Position numbers and translations under genes: made by a program
Source of the DNA: Pelomyxa schiedti
Lineage: Eukaryota; Protista; Evosea
Reading direction: 5' to 3'
NCBI GenBank assembly: GCA_020536535.1
Contig: JAHLWZ010000231.1
Location: 1-64,000, forward strand
DNA: 64,000 bases
In this document: in pieces, positions 59,522 through 64,000 of the stretch
Layout of the letters: each line of letters begins with the position of its first letter
Position numbering within the stretch: the first letter of the stretch is position 1
Notes under the pieces: model-generated
What the model was told of the DNA's origin: nothing
Seen by the model: the letters and a program-made list of their open reading frames with translations, nothing else
Database searches by the model: none

Positions 59522-61472
59522 TTAAGGGGTGGTGGTCCAGTATTGGATAAGGGTGGAGTAGAATGTGACCATGCTTGGAACTGTATCGCAAGATAACCGC
59601 TCGTTGTAGCCATGCAACAACTTTGCCTCTTCTGTGCCCATGGTCTAGAAGTCACAGTGGCCAGTATTGTGTTGGTATTAGAGTGTTGTTTAAGTTAGGG
59701 AGGGAAAAGATTACCACGGGAAGAAAACGGTAGACGTACTTGGAGAGCGGGTGCAAGATGTGGGAAGAGGTTGCTCCAATGGCTTGAAGGTATTAATAGA
59801 CACTTGAGAGAAATGCATTACTTACTTACAAAAGGGACGCACGATGAGACACCCAAAGGCTTGATGGCCTCGCAGAGATCTCTGTACAATGTGAGACGCA
59901 GGGAGGTAGTACAAAAGAATGTACTGATATTGCTGGCATTTCCACTCAGATGTGCTTCCAGCTCCCTCTATTGGGGCACCAGTTGCAGATAATCGTCCCT
60001 CCAGTGTATAAGATACATTGTGCATTTTTGTTAGCCCAATGACATTTTCCAAGTACACTTTTAGTTGTTCCAGGGTAACATTTGGAAGGAGACGTATATT
60101 GAATATCCCTGTAGCTGTGGGAGGAATGATGTTCACGGCAGTGCCCGCTTTAGACATTGTTGGTATTATGGTGGATCTAAATCAAGAAATAATTAGTACA
60201 AATGCCATATATTGTACTGAGTACCTCAATACCGCGTTTAGAGTTGGGGTTCTGTTTGCCAAGAAACCCAGCAGTGGTTTAAAGATAAACATGTTTGAAA
60301 ACAAGATTCTTAAAAATAAAGGTGCGTGCGCTCCCATAGCCTCCACAGTGGAACTCATATACTGTGTGCTGTTTTACATCATGTTAACTGGAGAATTGTG
60401 GAAGAAAAACGTTACTCAATGGGAAGAGGGTTCTTCTCTATTCTTCGAACGATTTCAGCCAATATTCCTATGGTATTCGTTTTTGGTGGAGCAGATGAAT
60501 GCCCAGGTTCACCCGTTACAGTTACAACAAGTTTGACGGGATTTTTCTCGCCAATAGCTATCATACCAACTGGTAACTGCAGGATGTTAGAAAGCGATGC
60601 AAAATTACCAACTGTTACCTTCCCAAGAGGACCATTAGGCATTACTATTCCTCCTTCATCAAGTGTTGCATATAATTCGTATTTACGTTCGCTGACTAGC
60701 TGTGCTAACGCCCGGGCACCCTCCATGCTGGTTTCTTCAGTGGCTTCGAGGGCAAGTAACCTTAAAATAGATTTATTACATTACCAGGGAGAAAAACAAA
60801 AACAATGGAAAAACTCACACGGTACGAGACGGTGAGTATCCGGCTTTTATCAATAATTCTACAGCCTCCAAAAGAGTTACCAAAGATCCCTTGTCGTCTA
60901 ATGAACCCCTTCCCCATACACTTCCTTCTGCAATCACCCCATCAAAGGGGGGATACTTCCAGTTCTAAAAGTTGGATTAGCCACTGAAAACTTGGGTGCT
61001 AAAGACTGCCTTATGTGGGTGATCAGCATCTGTATTCGCAGGGACCACGTCTTGATGCGCTAGGAACATAACAGCCTCGTTGCCAGCACTAGAAACAAAG
61101 ATATGGGCGTTAGTGGATCACTGAAATCTTACTGTAAGCACACCATTTTCCCTTCCAAGTGAAAAGCAGGTGTCGGCCCCCAACAAGCTCAGGAGGGGCC
61201 ACAGAGTGCAGGCTGGGAAACATAGAAGCGAGATCTTGCCTTAGACCACCAAACTCGGTCTCGTCCAAAGGGCTGCCGGCATCGTCAGTCACGGTGACAC
61301 GGCGCAGTGCAGTGGCCAATTTGGCACAGCATTGAGAGCCGTCGACTTTGGGGTCAATGGTTACACTCTTCGGTCGCCTCACAGAAGTCCCAGATCTGCC
61401 AAAAAGCCACGTCCGCACAGCCACCCACCCAACCAACGTCACCACAAACGACACACCCACCGCTAAAAGCAT
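59522..61472 (-). CDS. M20 family peptidase (PM20D1 / yeast Cps1 Gly-Xaa carboxypeptidase-like)
   Basis: N-terminal TM anchor, LLFTWKG, FLAHQDVVP, WKYPPFDG, WGRGSLDDKG, LDEGG, GHSSAPP, NIIPPTA, VYRFLP, LHGYNERL. Confidence 0.9.
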
Positions 61473-61676
61473 GAAGATATATCTCGATGCACTACAGACC
61501 GCTTGAACCGACAAACAAATAAATCTGTTTTTGTGCTGTTTGGGTGTTTTGATCGCCGTTTAAACAGGCAGGCATCTGCAGGTAAATTAAGGTGTCAAAG
61601 TAATGGCATTTTCATGCTAACAACGAAAGAAACAAGTTGTCAAAAAAAAAAAAATCATTGCTTGCTGCTACATGTG

Positions 61677-64000
61677 TCAAGACTTTTTATTGTCAGTAGA
61701 TACAAGATTGGGTACAATGTGCTCCTCAGGGTCCAACAACAACTTCATGGTGGTGGTTTCTGGTATGAGTGGGAACTTGGCCAGAATCGGAGGAGCGAGG
61801 GGCTTTGGCGAGGACGGGTCGGGCCGGTACTTGTGCACGAGGTGGCCGAGCTGGACGGCGTTGAGCGAGCCGAACGCCGTGGAAATGCTCTCGTCGTGAA
61901 GCAGGACGGTCTTGTCCATCGCAAGGAAGTTGGTAGCTTGCTTGATGTGCCCGAGGTACTCCCTGGGTAATTATGGGTTAGTTAGTGCCGGGGCTTGGCC
62001 CTTCGAGAGGTTATTTTTGGCTTGCCTTGCTGGGCCTAAGGGTGGTTTGGTAAAAATCTCTTGTAGTTGTGCAAGTCCTATTCCTATCTCCAGTCCTTTG
62101 GTGGTGGTACCTTGTGAAGATGAACAATGAAAAAAGGGAATGTGGGATAGTACAAAGCTCTGGGTTGGACAGGAGCTTGTTGAATAGGAGTGCATTCATC
62201 CAGTAGGTAAGTTGTGAGAAGAATTGCACACAGAGGTCGCTTGGCACTTTATTTTCGTTCAAAACACGGAGAGCTTCATTCAGTATTGAATGGATGTCAG
62301 ATATTGTGCCACGGCGGGCTCTTGGTTTGCGTAAGAACGTAAGATTTTTTTGGAGGCTAGGCTTCACCTGTGACTGACCATTGGCTGTGCTCCTGGTTTA
62401 CTGGGGACCATATTTTGTTCAAAAATGGCGTTAAAGAGAATTGGCTCAATAGCCTGAAAAAGGGTGAGCAAATTTCGACATCTGGCGGAAAATGTTTTAC
62501 CTTTTTGTACTTTAACACGAAAGTGGTGTATGCACAGTACAATGTTTCTCTTAATTTGTGGCAGAAGGTTTGCATTTCATCCCCCAAGCTTGGAGTTGAG
62601 GAAGGGGGTACAACAAAGACTTTTTCTTGTTTGCTTAACCTGTTTCCGGTTTAGCTTTGAAGAATTACGATCCTTCTTACACGACAGGAGAGATAGCATT
62701 ACGTTCGTTGTAAACTAGCTGGATAAATGACCAACATATATTAAGATTGTAGGCCCCCATCAAAGGCAAGTCGGAATAATTCTGCATCAGCATTTTAGTG
62801 GAACCAGTGAGTAACTGAAGGACTTAGGTAAAACCTTTCCCAAAGCACTCAAAGCCTCTATTATGCTGGTGTGTAAAATTGCATCTGTATTGTTGAAGCA
62901 ATCCCACTTTTTCATGACATTAATTAGAATGTTACAAGGACGAGGCATATTTCCAGAATCAAAAACAGGGGAATCTAGATGATACAACGCTTGCTTAACA
63001 ATATTAGCCACCTCCAACTGATGAGACAAAGTTTGAAGTTTCTACAGCGAATTAATGGAAGAAATGTAATCAGAAAAAACACCTCCTGGAACTTAGTTTC
63101 CAGCTCTGCTCGTTCTAAAGCTATCTGTGTTTCCAGTTTTTGCCGTAGAGGCTCGCATTGTAAATGTTGTTCGCAAAGCTCAGTTAACCTAGGTAAGTCG
63201 GCTATTTGAAGCATCATCTGATTTCTTTCTTCAGCCATGGAATGACATTCAGACTGGGTTTTCTGCTCTCTCTCCTGGAGCGCCTGCGCTTCAGTTCTAG
63301 CTTGTTCGCATTCTAGTTGAAGTTTCGCAAGTGCAGCGCTGCATTCCGTAATCTCACTCTCAAGCTCAACAATTTTCGCCTTCAAAATGTCAGAATCGCC
63401 CTTGCTTGCCTCAATACTCTTGAGAGATAGCTGAGACTCATCTTCGAGTTGGAAGACTTTTCTCTTGCTTTCCTTGGGTTTCCCTTAGAAAATTAATATT
63501 TAATCGAGGTATAAACCTCTAATTGTACAACTAGCTGCTTATTCTCATCAGATACATTTTGCATTTGCATTGACGAGTCGACCTCCAGTTGGTGCTTTTC
63601 CGAACTCAGCTGCAGTAAGTCAGACTGAAGTTGCTTGTGTTTTAATGAGTAATCTTGAAGCTGTGCCTCACAGTCTTCAAGCTTCCTTGCTAGTTGAGAA
63701 TTTTGTTCACTTAGGGCCTGCATTGGGGCAGCTTGCCCCGAGGTGGCTTGCTTGATTTGAAGTAACTCCTTGGAAAGAGTACCAAATTCTTTTCTACTAG
63801 TCTCAAGAGCATCGTTGAGATCCAGCTTCTCTCTTTGCAGAGCCTCCACTTGAGCCTGGAGGTCCCCAACTTGTGACTGAAGGTGTGCTGTACGTTGCTC
63901 CAATTGTTTGAGCTGAAAAACTTCCTCCTCTTTTTCTCTTAGTTTATCTGTCAGATCTTTCATTTGGGTGTCAATGTCCTGCAGTTGGGACGTTCTGTTG
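61677..64000 (-). CDS. Coiled-coil protein with C-terminal DIL (dilute) domain; 5' end outside window
   Basis: Heptad-rich exons at 62975-64000. QFFSQLTYWMNALLFNKLL..ELCT|TKGLEIGIGLAQLQE...HIKQATNFLAMDK...LNAVQLGHLVHKYRPD. Confidence 0.85.

Noticed and set aside
61677-64000. Myosin V call for the DIL-domain gene
   Set aside because: No motor or IQ sequence is in the window, and DIL domains also occur in non-myosin coiled-coil proteins.

Overview
Gene-dense eukaryotic DNA with many short (~30-100 nt) spliceosomal introns and one 100-N scaffold gap (10574-10673). The gene content points to an amoebozoan, probably an archamoeba such as Pelomyxa (inference): an Entamoeba-type transmembrane kinase, a Dictyostelium cAR-like GPCR, discoidin-type lectin domains and a lineage-specific 'PRCGARxP' family gene. 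Recognisable conserved genes are INTS7, UBA3, a Sec7-PH Arf-GEF, a PM20D1/CPS1-like M20 peptidase, a DIL-domain coiled-coil protein and a PWWP protein. The most unusual content is a set of apparently cytosolic sensor/effector proteins. (1) A nearly intronless NLR-like gene fusing an intact cPLA2-type phospholipase to NACHT, ankyrin-like repeats and LRRs (1388-5801). (2) A giant C2-NACHT-pentapeptide-WD40 STAND protein (35477-43925). (3) A spliced gene, not visible in the ORF track, encoding three H-type lectin domains plus a C-terminal RING-HC E3 ligase (28940-30842). (4) An HMG-box-NYN/YacP ribonuclease fusion. (5) A signal-less astacin with a His-to-Cys zinc-ligand change. (6) A candidate gustatory-receptor-like (7TMIC) channel. 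The first ~10.5 kb around the phospholipase-NLR is a mosaic of captured fragments (Gypsy integrase, a UBA3 exon, a PWWP-gene exon, half an ADP-ribosylhydrolase, a transposase-like ORF). All domain calls come from motifs read by eye and hand-spliced exons; no database searches were run.
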